A stretch of 64,000 bases of DNA from an uncultured archaeon (lineage in GTDB: Archaea; Thermoproteota; Nitrososphaeria; Nitrososphaerales; Gagatemarchaeaceae), in NCBI GenBank assembly GCA_963817525.1, contig CAWFOU010000007.1, positions 416,001 to 480,000 of the forward strand, written 5' to 3'. Under the pieces are notes generated by a model that was not told the DNA's origin, did no database searches, and saw only the letters and a program-made list of their open reading frames with translations. This document shows, in pieces, positions 29,714 to 39,594 of this stretch (position 1 is the stretch's first letter; each line of letters begins with the position of its first letter). A program made the translations under genes and the position numbers.

Positions 29714-30580
29714 CTACTCGGGCCTCATCGCCCGGGTCGCGGCCAGGTACCCCAGGATGGTCATGGCGATGACGAACCCCACGAGGTAGAGCACGTCTCC
29801 CGTGAAGGTGCCCATCTGCCCGCTGGCCGCGGGGTTCCCGTTGATGATGAGGATCCTCGCGGCCTCGCACGCCTTGGAGATGGGGTTGACCCCTGAGATG
29901 GCCTTCAGCCAGCTCGGGAAGGAGGACGACGGGAAGAGGGCGTTGCTCATGAATATCAGGGGCAGGTTGATGAAGTTCACAATGGCCACGAGCGAGTCGA
30001 TGCTCCTCAGGATGAGGGCGAGGGCGGTGAAGACGCAGGAGAGCCCGAACCCCAGCATTGCGAAGATCGCGAACGCGCCGACGAACTCGAGCGGGCCGAA
30101 GCTCGAGGTCAGCTTCAGGCCGTCCGGCACCAAGAGGGCGACGATGAACGTGAGGACGGCCAGGAGCATGGCCTTGGCCAGGTTCTGCAGGACGCCCGAG
30201 AAGAAGATGGAGGCCCTGGGGATGGGGGAAGTCAGAAGGGTGTTGAAGTATCCCAGCTGCCTGTCGAGGACGATGTCTATCCCGCCGAAGGACATGTTGA
30301 AGACGACGATGAGGCAGATCACTCCCGCGGTCAGGTAGGTGATGTAGTTGGCGGCGCCCCCGAAGGTCGTCGCGAAGATTGCGGCCTTTATCTGGGCGAC
30401 TACGGCAGCAGGTATCGAGACGCCGCTGGAAGACGTGGGGATGAAGTTCGTCGGGTTGACGGAGTTCCCGAAGAGCGCGATGTAGAACGCGGCAGTGAAG
30501 AGGCCTGGGAGGACCGAGGCGGGGTTCCTGATCCACTTCTTCAGGGCCCTGTTGGTCAGCGCAAGGGTCTCGTCTATCAT
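29714..30580 (-). CDS. ABC-2 type exporter permease
   Basis: DRQLGYFNTLLTSPI, PLIFMSNALFP, NPIS. Confidence 0.88.
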   Translation of the reverse strand: MIDETLALTNRALKKWIRNPASVLPGLFTAAFYIALFGNSVNPTNFIPTSSSGVSIPAAVVAQIKAAIFATTFGGAANYITYLTAGVICLIVVFNMSFGGIDIVLDRQLGYFNTLLTSPIPRASIFFSGVLQNLAKAMLLAVLTFIVALLVPDGLKLTSSFGPLEFVGAFAIFAMLGFGLSCVFTALALILRSIDSLVAIVNFINLPLIFMSNALFPSSSFPSWLKAISGVNPISKACEAARILIINGNPAASGQMGTFTGDVLYLVGFVIAMTILGYLAATRAMRPE

Positions 30581-30581
30581 C

Positions 30582-31583
30582 TCAGTTCATCCTCTCCGCC
30601 ATGACGTTCTGGACCCACGACTCGCTCTCGCCGCTGTCCTCGTCGCGCATTGACTTGCCCGTCACGTCGAGGAAGACCTCGTCGAGCGTGGGCTTGGTGA
30701 AGGAGATCTCCTTGATCTCCAGGCCCTGCCTGCCCACCCCCTCCACTATCGCGGGGAGCGCCTTCTCGGCCCTCGGGAGCTTGATGCGGTAGACCTGGTC
30801 GTTCCTGGTCACGTCGGAGACGTCCGGGAGTCCCTTCAGGAAGGCCGTGATGTCGGGGCCCTGCGTCAGCTCCATGGTGAGGACGTCGCCCCCGACCCTC
30901 TGCTTCAGCTCGGCGGGGGAGCCTGAGACCTTGATGACGCCGTGGTCGATGATCGCCACCCTGTTGCAGAGGCCGTCCGCCTCCTCGAGGTAGTGGGTCG
31001 TCATGAAGATCGTCAGGCCGCTGTCCTTGTTGAGCTTGCCCATGTACTCCCACATCTTCGTCCTCGTCTGGATGTCCAGGCCCAGGGTGGGCTCGTCGAG
31101 GAAGAGTATCTTCGGGGTGTGGATGAGGCCGATGGCGAGCTGGAGGCGCCTCCGCATCCCTCCCGAGTAGGTCTTGACGCGCCGCTCGGCCGAGTTCTCG
31201 AGGTCGACGAGGGCGAGGAGCTCCTTAGCCCTCTTGCGTGCCTCGCCGCTCGGGACGTGGTGGAGCCTCGCGGAGAGCAGGAGGTTCTCGATGCCCTTCA
31301 GCTCGTCGTCAGCGGTGAGCTCCTGCGGGACGACCCCGATGACGTCCCGGACGGCCGCGGGATACTTGCTGACGTCCTTGCCGTCCACGACCGCCTTGCC
31401 CTCCGTGATGGAGGCGAGCGTGTTCAGCATCTTGATGGTGGTGCTCTTGCCGGCCCCGTTGGGGCCCAGGAACCCGTAGATCTCCCCCTCCTCGACGTAG
31501 AAGGAGATGTGGTCCACAGCCTTGACCTTGCCCTTGTAGACCTTGGTGAGGTTCTCGGCCTCGATGATCCTTGTCTTCGACAT
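30582..31583 (-). CDS. ABC exporter ATP-binding protein (DrrA-like)
   Basis: GPNGAGKST, YSGGMRRRL, LFLDEPT, TTHYLEEAD. Confidence 0.92.
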   Translation of the reverse strand: MSKTRIIEAENLTKVYKGKVKAVDHISFYVEEGEIYGFLGPNGAGKSTTIKMLNTLASITEGKAVVDGKDVSKYPAAVRDVIGVVPQELTADDELKGIENLLLSARLHHVPSGEARKRAKELLALVDLENSAERRVKTYSGGMRRRLQLAIGLIHTPKILFLDEPTLGLDIQTRTKMWEYMGKLNKDSGLTIFMTTHYLEEADGLCNRVAIIDHGVIKVSGSPAELKQRVGGDVLTMELTQGPDITAFLKGLPDVSDVTRNDQVYRIKLPRAEKALPAIVEGVGRQGLEIKEISFTKPTLDEVFLDVTGKSMRDEDSGESESWVQNVMAERMN

Positions 31584-31812
31584 CTTCCACTCTCACTCCG
31601 TGGCCCGTTCTTATCCTTGCACAGCTCGCTTGTCCCCGCTTGGGAACAGGCCCTTGCCGACGCACGCGTAGAGTGAGGTGCATGGTCTCTCGAATTTCTG
31701 GTCTTTCTGCGTTCTTCTTCCGGACATTTTGCTTCTAGGAGGGCCGAGGGCTCCTACCGCGTATATACTCGGCGCACTGGTTGTAATCACATTACGTTAG
31801 TGCCCGCTTGGG

Positions 31813-32151
31813 CTACGGCCGCTTGATGTTGGTGACCAAGAGCCTGAACTGCAGGGTCTTGCCCGCCATCTGGTGACTCCCGGTCTTCCCGTACGCTTTC
31901 TCCGGGGGTATGGTGACCTCCTTGGTCTCGTTCATCTTCATGCCCACGAGCGCCTCCTCGAAGCCCGGGATCACCTGGTGCGCCCCGAGGACGACCTGGA
32001 GTGGCTTGTAGTCGCGCGCCCTGTTGAAGATGCCCGCCTTCTCTGCCTCGGCCTTCATGCTGGTGTCGAAGACCTTCCCTCCCGGGAACTTCCCCAGGTA
32101 GTGGACCGAGATGGTGTCTCCGTTCTGGGCGGTCAGGTTGCTCGCTGACAT
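31813..32151 (-). CDS. FKBP-type peptidyl-prolyl isomerase
   Basis: GDTISVHYLG, VFDTS, VIPGFEEAL, IPPEKAYG; start at 32151. Confidence 0.9.
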   Translation of the reverse strand: MSASNLTAQNGDTISVHYLGKFPGGKVFDTSMKAEAEKAGIFNRARDYKPLQVVLGAHQVIPGFEEALVGMKMNETKEVTIPPEKAYGKTGSHQMAGKTLQFRLLVTNIKRP

Positions 32152-32275
32152 GGGAGGCGGACGACCCCGGGCCGAGCCTTTAACGATTTTGTTGCCGCAC
32201 GAGCTAGGGGGCAGTGGTCCTCTCACAGGCCTTAAAGCGCACCAGAATGGGTTGATCCTCGGAAGTGCCTGAAGA

Positions 32276-32854
32276 ATGAGCTCGCCCGCCAGCCCTCACG
32301 TCTCGACGCCCTACTCGAGCGTGGTCAAGCTGCTGCAGCTGTGCGAGCTCGTTCCCGACGACGTCCTCGTCGACCTCGGATCAGGGGAGGGCGCGATACC
32401 CGCGCTGGCGGCCCTCGTGTTCGGCGTGAGGAAAGCCGTGGGCGTCGAGCTCGACCCGGCCCTGGTCGGCAGGTCGAGGGAGACGGCGACCGCACTCAGG
32501 CTAGGCGCGGACAGGCTGGAGTTCGTCTTGGGTGACATGTTCTCGGTCGATTTGGGGAAGTTCGACGTAGTCACGATCTTTCAGTCGCAGGAGATTATCG
32601 GGAGGCTCCTCAGGAAGCTTTTCGCCGAGCTCGGCGACGGAGCCCGCGTCGTCTCGTATCTCCTGCCGTTGGGCACGATGTCCCCGCTGAAGCTGGTGAG
32701 GCCGGCGCGGATAGAGTATCCATTCTACCTCTACAAGGCGCCGCTGGAGTACCTCAGCGACGACGAGGCGGTCAGGCTGCTGCGGAAGATGGCCGGGTTC
32801 GCGGAGGGGGCCGAGAGGGAGTGGGCCCTGGTGGCTGCCTCAATCCGGGGGTGA
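32276..32854 (+). CDS. Class I SAM methyltransferase (Dot1/aKMT-like)
   Basis: DVLVDLGSGEG, AVGVELD, GARVVS. Confidence 0.75.
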   Translation: MSSPASPHVSTPYSSVVKLLQLCELVPDDVLVDLGSGEGAIPALAALVFGVRKAVGVELDPALVGRSRETATALRLGADRLEFVLGDMFSVDLGKFDVVTIFQSQEIIGRLLRKLFAELGDGARVVSYLLPLGTMSPLKLVRPARIEYPFYLYKAPLEYLSDDEAVRLLRKMAGFAEGAEREWALVAASIRG

Positions 32855-32865
32855 CGCCTCCGGCT

Positions 32866-33258
32866 TCAGGGGTTCTTCTGGAACTTCAAGGACGCAGAGT
32901 TGATGCAGTATCGCATGTTTGTGGGGGCGGGCCCATCGTCGAATAGGTGTCCCAGATGGCTACCACAGTTGTTGCAGTTCACTTCCACCCGGTGCATGTC
33001 GTAGCTGTAGTCGTCCTCCTGCTTGACGTTCTCCTTCTTTGCGGCCTGCCAGAAGCTAGGCCAGCCCGTGCCCGACTCGAACTTGGTCGCAGAGTCGAAT
33101 AGCTCGGCGCCGCAGACGACGCACCTGTAGACCCCCTTCTCGTGGTTGTCGACGTACTCTCCTGTGAACGGCATCTCGGTGCCCTTGCTGAAGCAGACGT
33201 CGGCCTGCTCGGGGGTGAGCTTCGCCCTCAGCTTCGCGACTTCCTCTTTCTTCAGCAC
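32866..33258 (-). CDS. msrB: Peptide-methionine (R)-S-oxide reductase
   Basis: GTEMPF, CVVC, GTGWPSF, CNNCGSHLGH.F.DGP, RYCINS. Confidence 0.95.
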   Translation of the reverse strand: MLKKEEVAKLRAKLTPEQADVCFSKGTEMPFTGEYVDNHEKGVYRCVVCGAELFDSATKFESGTGWPSFWQAAKKENVKQEDDYSYDMHRVEVNCNNCGSHLGHLFDDGPAPTNMRYCINSASLKFQKNP

Positions 33259-33412
33259 GAGAATGATTCAACGCCACGGGGGTATAAGCCTTGGGTCAGG
33301 GGGGACGACGGATGCGCCCTCGAAGGCCTCCACAGCAGACTCGTCCATAACAATTTTCCAAATGCAATAAGTATAAGCCACCTACTGCTCCTGAAGGTGA
33401 CTTTCGCCAATC

Positions 33413-33661
33413 TTGAACGACTTACCGCCAGCCAGGAAGGAGGGGCAAGACAATTACGAATACACAGTCACACCGGCCGCCGTCGAGACGTTCACGAATC
33501 TCATGCGCCGAGAGGGCATAATGACCGCGCGGGAGGGCGAACAGATTGTTTTCACCAGCAATAGGCTCTTGGACATGAGGCGATTGAAGAAGGCGGGCAT
33601 CATCAAATCCTACGTCATCGTGAAGCTGGAGCTGAACCGTCAGGTCGTTGAAAAGGATTAG
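33413..33661 (+). CDS. Hypothetical protein
   Basis: Plausible composition; TATA-like sequence upstream. Confidence 0.45.
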   Translation: MNDLPPARKEGQDNYEYTVTPAAVETFTNLMRREGIMTAREGEQIVFTSNRLLDMRRLKKAGIIKSYVIVKLELNRQVVEKD

Positions 33662-33776
33662 AGAGTGTGCGGGTCGGTGTGAATTCGTCGCTCTAACAAA
33701 CTTCTGAAATATGATTAGTAAGTTTTAGCGGTGAGTCGTAAGAACCGCATCGCTATCCAGCCGTGTGTGAGAGGGT

Positions 33777-34190
33777 TTGACGGGCTCTACCATCGGGTTG
33801 CTAGAAGGTTCCCACAGCATGCGGACTCTTATCTTCCTTCATCGTCAGCCAAGTCCTGTCATGACGAAGGACATCATGGAAGCGCTCGGGATAAGGAACT
33901 GGTCAACCGCGACCAGCATGCTGAGGAAGCTCGAGGTTGCAGGGCTAGTGAGCATGGAGGACGCTAAGGTCGGCCGCTACAGATCCGTGGCAAAGCTCTG
34001 GCGCATCGAGCCACAGTTCGGCGCAAAGGTTGCAGCGGCGCTGGAAGAAGCGGAGCGGGGCATCGAAGCGGCCGCAAGGGGAAGGTATCCATCGGCCGGA
34101 CGGCCGGGAATCATCGACGTCGAATCGTCGGGAGAGAGGCTGGTGATAATGGTCGAAAACGCCGTGAAGTCGGCGATTGGGAACGCATAG
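33777..34190 (+). CDS. Winged-helix (ArsR/MarR-like) protein
   Basis: KDIMEALGI..STATSMLRKLEVAGLV. Confidence 0.65.
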   Translation: MTGSTIGLLEGSHSMRTLIFLHRQPSPVMTKDIMEALGIRNWSTATSMLRKLEVAGLVSMEDAKVGRYRSVAKLWRIEPQFGAKVAAALEEAERGIEAAARGRYPSAGRPGIIDVESSGERLVIMVENAVKSAIGNA

Positions 34191-34296
34191 CAGCGGCGCG
34201 GACTTCTACCAGCGATAAGGAGGAAGACACGAGATGAGCTCCTCAATCCTGCCGTCTACCCGCTTCCGAGACTGGGACGACGGGGTCGACCTGAAG

Positions 34297-37200
34297 TCAG
34301 CCTGAAAGATACTTCCTAAGCGTCTCCTCGTTGTTCTCAGCGTGGAAGAAGACAGGGATGTTCTGGGTCGCGGTGGCCTTGAAGCTGGTGATGAGCCAGT
34401 CGCCGTTCGAGAAGGCCAACGTCCTGTCCACGAACGCATCCCCGATGGCGAAGGTGTCCGCGACTAGCTGCCTGTCGTATGGCCTGGGCATGGTCGAGAT
34501 GAAGTAGCTGTGGAGCTGCTGGAGGGCGTTGGTGTTGAGGTGGGCTATCCTCTGGGTGCTCACCCAGCAGAAGAGGTTGTACTTCCTCCCGTGCCTCAGC
34601 AGGCGCTCGACCGCCTTGCTGGACTCGTAGGCGTTGTCGCCCTTCCTCGCGTCCTGCGGGATGAACTCCTGGGCCTCGTCCACGATGAAGAGGACCTTCG
34701 GGGTGAGGCTGAAGCTCTTCTTCCTTTTGCGGAAGACCCTGCTGATGACGTCCGCGGTCTGTGCCCTGGCGTCCTCCGCCTCGGGCAGGTTGATGACGAA
34801 GACCCTTGGCGAGCCCTTCTCGGTGGAGAGGATCTCGTCGGGGAGGGTCTCCCAGGGGGACTTTTCGAGCTCGTCCTCTGGGACGGTGGCCTCGATCACC
34901 TTGGCGAGGGCGTCGAAGGACTTTTTCAGGGAGCTAGTGGCGGGGAGGTCGCCTATCAGCGACTGGATCTGGGTGATCAGCTTCGCGGTCTTGGCGTTGA
35001 ACCTGGTGTCGGCCGAGAACCCCTCGTCGTGCATGAACTGCTTGATCTGGGTGATCACCTGGGGGACGTAGATCTTCTGCTGGACGGCGCCGTACTTGTC
35101 GTTGAGCGTGTTCGTCAGGACCTCAATGAGCCCCCCGTAGGTGGTGAACCTCTCCACCTCCTCCGTCCCCTCCAGGGGGAGCTCGGCGAAGACTATCTTG
35201 CCGTCGTCGAAGAGCCTGGATATCTTCCTCTCGAACTCGGGCTGGAGGTCCGCGAGGGCCTCGGGGCAGACGTGCCGCTTGAAGTACTCGGCCGACTTGT
35301 TCTTCGAGCCGGCGAACGAGTCCGTGAAGAGGACCTTGCTCGGGTACTCGTTGAGGACGTCGAGGATGTGGATGCCATACTCCGAGGAGACGTCGAGTAT
35401 CACGACCTTCAGGTCGGGGATCACCTTGAGCGCCTTCCTGACTACAGTGGAGGTAAGATTGGACTTGCCGCTCCCCGTGTTGTGGCAGAAGACGCCGCCG
35501 AACCCTGCGAGGAAATTCTCTGCGCTGGGGACGGACACATCGTAGACGAACTGCGAGCTGGGGTTCACTTCATCTATCTTTTGCACTTCGTAGAAGCCCA
35601 GGAGCGATTGTTGGAGCGTCTTCACTTGTCGCATGTCATTCGAGGCCTGAAGCAGCTGCGGTGAAGCGTGAATGGTGTCCTGATTCCTAATCAAATACGT
35701 CCCCATCCCGGTCCTGTAAATGCCGTCGTGTCGTGCTTGATCCATGGGCTTCGCTGACGAGCCCTCGTAGGACATTAGTTTGCTCAGCCGAGTCTCCAAC
35801 TCTGAGAGCAGCGGCCCCCGCAATCGAGATCTTTGCTTCTTGACGTGAGATGGATGACTAAGAAGAGAGTAGAGCGAGCGAGGAAGTTCCGACGCAGGGT
35901 AGATGGGTTCTGCCCTTCTCCTGGTGGGGCGAATCACTCCCTTCATTTCTCTGCCTCGCGGGAATGAGAATTGGTATTTACCCCTGTTTCGAATTCGGCG
36001 ACCTTCGAGGAAAGTTGGTTTCGGGGCAATCCAATTCACAGCGCCCGCACAACGATCTAGTAAGAGCGTGTAGAGGAGGTCGTTCGTCAGCCTCCGCGAG
36101 GAACAGCTCGGATAATCGCCTTCTGCCCAGGCCCGGATGAACTCTTGCCTGACTGGCGAGGGTGAGTTAAGAATTAGCCTCGGGACAATTTTTCGTCTCG
36201 CCCCGGTTCCTGTGGATTGCATTAGGAAATGCGCGATGATTTTGTTGTTGAATGCGATTCGCACACCGTTCTCGCCGTGTCGATATTTTCTAATAGTTAT
36301 TCCAAATTTCTTCTTCAGAATCCGTTGTAGTTCATAGATTATCTTTTTGTCCTCTTTGCTGAGCCTGAAGACGGCAGAATATTGCACGCCCTTCTCGATG
36401 ATTGCATTTCCTTCAGCGGCAAAATACCCTAGCAGTCGGGCGATGTCCTTGTCGATTTCCAGAATTGGGCTTATTGTTGTCTTCGCTCCTTTGTAACCGA
36501 GTTTGACTGTCTCCTGCTCGGTTGCGGTCAATCGGTCCCAATATGTGAGAGGAAGCTTCGAGGACTGCCGCCATATGCACCACCTCCAACTCGGGACGCC
36601 GCCGTGCTCTAGCCTGTCAAATGCGGACTTGGGAACATCTGTAATAAAGACGCTCTCTGCAGCTTTTCCTTTGAATAAATCGCGAAGGTTCACGTTCAGA
36701 TTCGAATTGACGTAGTCGGGTATCTCCCTGGTCCCTACGACGAAGTCGCCCCTGACGATCTGAGACGCTGGTAGCGAGACAATCTTTCCTTTGCGGAGGA
36801 CGAAGAGAGAGTGACCCGGAGTGACTGAAACGTTGCGACCCGTCCGAAGCGTGAATTTCAGCAGCTTGTCGTTGTATCGATGCCTGAACACATACTGAAT
36901 TGGAGTCCATCTAACATCGAATGTCTTGGGATCGAATGATACGACTTCGACGGAGCTGGTGTATTTCCTGCCTTCTTCGCCGCGACCCCTGAAGAATGGG
37001 TCCACCAACTTGCCTATCTCGGTGATGTTGACTTGGCCATCTTGCCTGTAGATGATCGGCTCGTTGTAGTCAAGGCTGAAGGCGAAGACACCGCAATGGT
37101 AGTGGATGAGCTTCTCGATGTCCACGGTGAAGGGGATCTTCTCGTCGATGACCCCGAGGAGGTTCCCGAACCGGTAGTCCGCGGGGTCCTCGCCCTTCGG

Positions 37201-37713
37201 CACCCTGTAGCAGATGAGCTTCTCGACCGAGTCGCTGCTCAGGAGCCTGACGGAGCTCCCCGCGAGCGGGGCGTAGGGCTTCCTCTCGAAGGATATCGCG
37301 CCGCCCGCCGTCCTCATGACGTAACCGATGGGGGCGGCGACTATCTCTATCCAGGTGCTCTTGGAGCCCTTCTTCCACTCGCCCTCGATGAGCTCCATGA
37401 ACTCCTTCCGGATGGCGGCGGGCTGTGACCTGTCGAGGTTGGGCTGGGAGTAGTGCATGGGGAAGACGTCAGCGATCTCGTAGATCGAGAAGACGTCATC
37501 GGCCCCGAGGGTCTGGACGTTGGGTATCGCGAGGAGCTGCCCCGTGGCCAGCTTCTTGACCACGTTGGGGATGTAGTCGCACTCGATCACCGCCGTGCTG
37601 AAGGTGACGGTGGCGACTCCGTCCGCGGTCTGCCTCGTGGTGGAGACTATCTCCCTGAGCTTGCCGCTGAACTCCCCTCCGAGGTCGTCGAAGACCGGGG
37701 GCTGTCCGCTCAT
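34297..37713 (-). CDS. herA: HerA family ATPase containing an intein
   Basis: Spliced Walker A GVFAF/TGSGKS, ILDVSSEY, Walker B IVDEAQEF, RHGRKY, STQR; downstream of NurA. Confidence 0.88.
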   Translation of the reverse strand: MSGQPPVFDDLGGEFSGKLREIVSTTRQTADGVATVTFSTAVIECDYIPNVVKKLATGQLLAIPNVQTLGADDVFSIYEIADVFPMHYSQPNLDRSQPAAIRKEFMELIEGEWKKGSKSTWIEIVAAPIGYVMRTAGGAISFERKPYAPLAGSSVRLLSSDSVEKLICYRVPKGEDPADYRFGNLLGVIDEKIPFTVDIEKLIHYHCGVFAFSLDYNEPIIYRQDGQVNITEIGKLVDPFFRGRGEEGRKYTSSVEVVSFDPKTFDVRWTPIQYVFRHRYNDKLLKFTLRTGRNVSVTPGHSLFVLRKGKIVSLPASQIVRGDFVVGTREIPDYVNSNLNVNLRDLFKGKAAESVFITDVPKSAFDRLEHGGVPSWRWCIWRQSSKLPLTYWDRLTATEQETVKLGYKGAKTTISPILEIDKDIARLLGYFAAEGNAIIEKGVQYSAVFRLSKEDKKIIYELQRILKKKFGITIRKYRHGENGVRIAFNNKIIAHFLMQSTGTGARRKIVPRLILNSPSPVRQEFIRAWAEGDYPSCSSRRLTNDLLYTLLLDRCAGAVNWIAPKPTFLEGRRIRNRGKYQFSFPRGREMKGVIRPTRRRAEPIYPASELPRSLYSLLSHPSHVKKQRSRLRGPLLSELETRLSKLMSYEGSSAKPMDQARHDGIYRTGMGTYLIRNQDTIHASPQLLQASNDMRQVKTLQQSLLGFYEVQKIDEVNPSSQFVYDVSVPSAENFLAGFGGVFCHNTGSGKSNLTSTVVRKALKVIPDLKVVILDVSSEYGIHILDVLNEYPSKVLFTDSFAGSKNKSAEYFKRHVCPEALADLQPEFERKISRLFDDGKIVFAELPLEGTEEVERFTTYGGLIEVLTNTLNDKYGAVQQKIYVPQVITQIKQFMHDEGFSADTRFNAKTAKLITQIQSLIGDLPATSSLKKSFDALAKVIEATVPEDELEKSPWETLPDEILSTEKGSPRVFVINLPEAEDARAQTADVISRVFRKRKKSFSLTPKVLFIVDEAQEFIPQDARKGDNAYESSKAVERLLRHGRKYNLFCWVSTQRIAHLNTNALQQLHSYFISTMPRPYDRQLVADTFAIGDAFVDRTLAFSNGDWLITSFKATATQNIPVFFHAENNEETLRKYLSG
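35479..37077 (-). mobile_element. Intein (533 aa) with LAGLIDADG homing endonuclease, inserted in HerA Walker A
   Basis: Starts SLDYNEP; block B VTPGHSLF; LLGYFAAEG and FIRAWAEGD; block F VYDVSV; ends FCHN|T; visibly AT-richer than the exteins. Confidence 0.92.
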
Positions 37714-37714
37714 C

Positions 37715-39577
37715 TCAGCCGCCTCCCTTCCTCTTGGACTCCATCTGGCTGCGGTAGTCCCTGAACCTTTGCGAGAAGAGGACCTGCTGGTCGAGCTCTG
37801 ACTTTGCCATCTCTACCTGGACGGCGGCAAGGTAGGCGCTCTTGCTCTGCTTGAGGACGAACTTCGCCTTCTTGTCGGCGAGGAAGAGAGGGTAGTTGTG
37901 GCCGAGGGCCTCGGGGACCACCTCCCCGGACATCTTGAAGAGGAGGGACATCGCCAGGTTGGTCATCGCTGACTCCTCGCGGAGGTTGAGTATGGGGATT
38001 ATCCTCTCGTCTATCTCGTTGTCCCTGTTGTGGACGACGAGCGCGCCCCAGTGGTCGAAGCCCGCGTAGGCTGGCCTGTCGAAGGTGAAGACGTGCGACC
38101 TCACCGCGGGGTCGTTCCTGCTGCTCCACAGCTGCATGTAGGTCTTCACGAACGCCCTCTCTGGGTAGATGACGTTGCGGTGGGCGCCGCGCGCCCTCGC
38201 CTCGCCACTCGGGAGGGTCCCGTCCGGGACGGGCACCATCGTCCTGAACGCGGCGTCGATGTCGACCGTGTGCCAGGGGGTGGGGATGCTCGCGGCGTTC
38301 ACGACGCTGTCGGTCTGCAAGAGCATCTTATCGCTGTTGAAGTTGGGGAAGGGGTGCGCGAAGTCCTCCGCCTTGGAGTCGCGCAGGAGTGGGACGACGG
38401 CCTTGACCAGCTCGGCGGCCGCAGAGTCCTTGGTGAGGCCGATGGGCAGGACCCTCTCCGACCAGGCCCTGCGCGTCAGCTCGAGGACGAAGACAAGGAC
38501 GAGGTAGTCGAGGTCGTCGGCGGTTATCCACCTGTCCACGTGGCGGAGGCCGGCCTTGATCCTCAGGGGGTGCTCGGCCTTCGAGTTGAAGATGTGGTCG
38601 GCGACCGCGAGCGCGGCGCCCACGACCCGCTCCCGGTAGTCCTTGACCCCCGGCTTGAGCTTGAACTTCCTGTCTTCGCCGTCCGCGCCTTGCTCGAAGA
38701 TGTGGTAAGCGAAGTCGAGCTCCCGCAGGTCGTCACTGAGGACCGGGAGGTGGGAGCGGTCAGAGCCGACCTTCTCGAGGATCTGGAGGAGGGTGAGCTC
38801 CGAGCCGTCGAAGAGCGCGGTGACGGCCGCAAGCTTCAGGAGCTGGCTCCTGGGCGAGGGGATCTTGAGGTCTGGGTTGGCCACGAGGAGCCTCGCGAGC
38901 TCCAGGTCGAAGTTCGTAACCGCGCCGAAGGGCGTCTCCATCCCCTCGAGCACGGAGAGGCGGTCCTGGACGAGGTCCCGGGTGCTCCAGACGAGGTGGG
39001 CCACGTCCCCGGCGAGCGGCCTGTCAAGGAGGACGACCTTGAAGCCGCCCCCCGACGAGACGGCCTTGAGCGCGATGTAGTACTCGGCTAGGTGCATCAC
39101 CGCGTTGGGGAGGCGCTCGGACTCCACGTCGACCTCGACCCCCGACTCGGTCCTCTGCCCGAAGACCGTGGCGGCGTCCTCCTCCGAGAGTGGGATCGAA
39201 GCGGAGACCGCGGCCGAGGACTGGTTCATGGGGGAGGGGTCGCCGACCTCTATCTCGTCTGCCTCGAACCTCAAGGTCCCGGAGTAGCCAAAAGCGCCCA
39301 CGTAGAAGACGAGAAGGTCGAGGTGCTGGTCGACCGAGAAGGTCCCGTCGACCGCGACGTATCGCACTTGGTCAGCGCCGAAGAACCTCCTGCCCGTCGA
39401 GCTGGCGGCCTTGTGGTCCACGCCGAAGCGCATGAGCTTCTGGATGTCCGGCCCGGCGGTCGACTTTAGCTCGTCTATCTTGCCCTTGAACGACTTTAGG
39501 AGGAAGCGCGTGGAGCTCCTCACCTCCTGCATGGTCCTCGCCTCGAGCTCGGGGAGGTCTGCTGGTCCTGAGGACAT
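37715..39577 (-). CDS. nurA: NurA-like nuclease (long form, 620 aa)
   Basis: VAVDGT, VVLLDRPL, TKDS, GHNYPLFLADKKAK; start MSSGP at 39577. Confidence 0.8.
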   Translation of the reverse strand: MSSGPADLPELEARTMQEVRSSTRFLLKSFKGKIDELKSTAGPDIQKLMRFGVDHKAASSTGRRFFGADQVRYVAVDGTFSVDQHLDLLVFYVGAFGYSGTLRFEADEIEVGDPSPMNQSSAAVSASIPLSEEDAATVFGQRTESGVEVDVESERLPNAVMHLAEYYIALKAVSSGGGFKVVLLDRPLAGDVAHLVWSTRDLVQDRLSVLEGMETPFGAVTNFDLELARLLVANPDLKIPSPRSQLLKLAAVTALFDGSELTLLQILEKVGSDRSHLPVLSDDLRELDFAYHIFEQGADGEDRKFKLKPGVKDYRERVVGAALAVADHIFNSKAEHPLRIKAGLRHVDRWITADDLDYLVLVFVLELTRRAWSERVLPIGLTKDSAAAELVKAVVPLLRDSKAEDFAHPFPNFNSDKMLLQTDSVVNAASIPTPWHTVDIDAAFRTMVPVPDGTLPSGEARARGAHRNVIYPERAFVKTYMQLWSSRNDPAVRSHVFTFDRPAYAGFDHWGALVVHNRDNEIDERIIPILNLREESAMTNLAMSLLFKMSGEVVPEALGHNYPLFLADKKAKFVLKQSKSAYLAAVQVEMAKSELDQQVLFSQRFRDYRSQMESKRKGGG

Positions 39578-39594
39578 GAGCGGGCTACCCCGGT

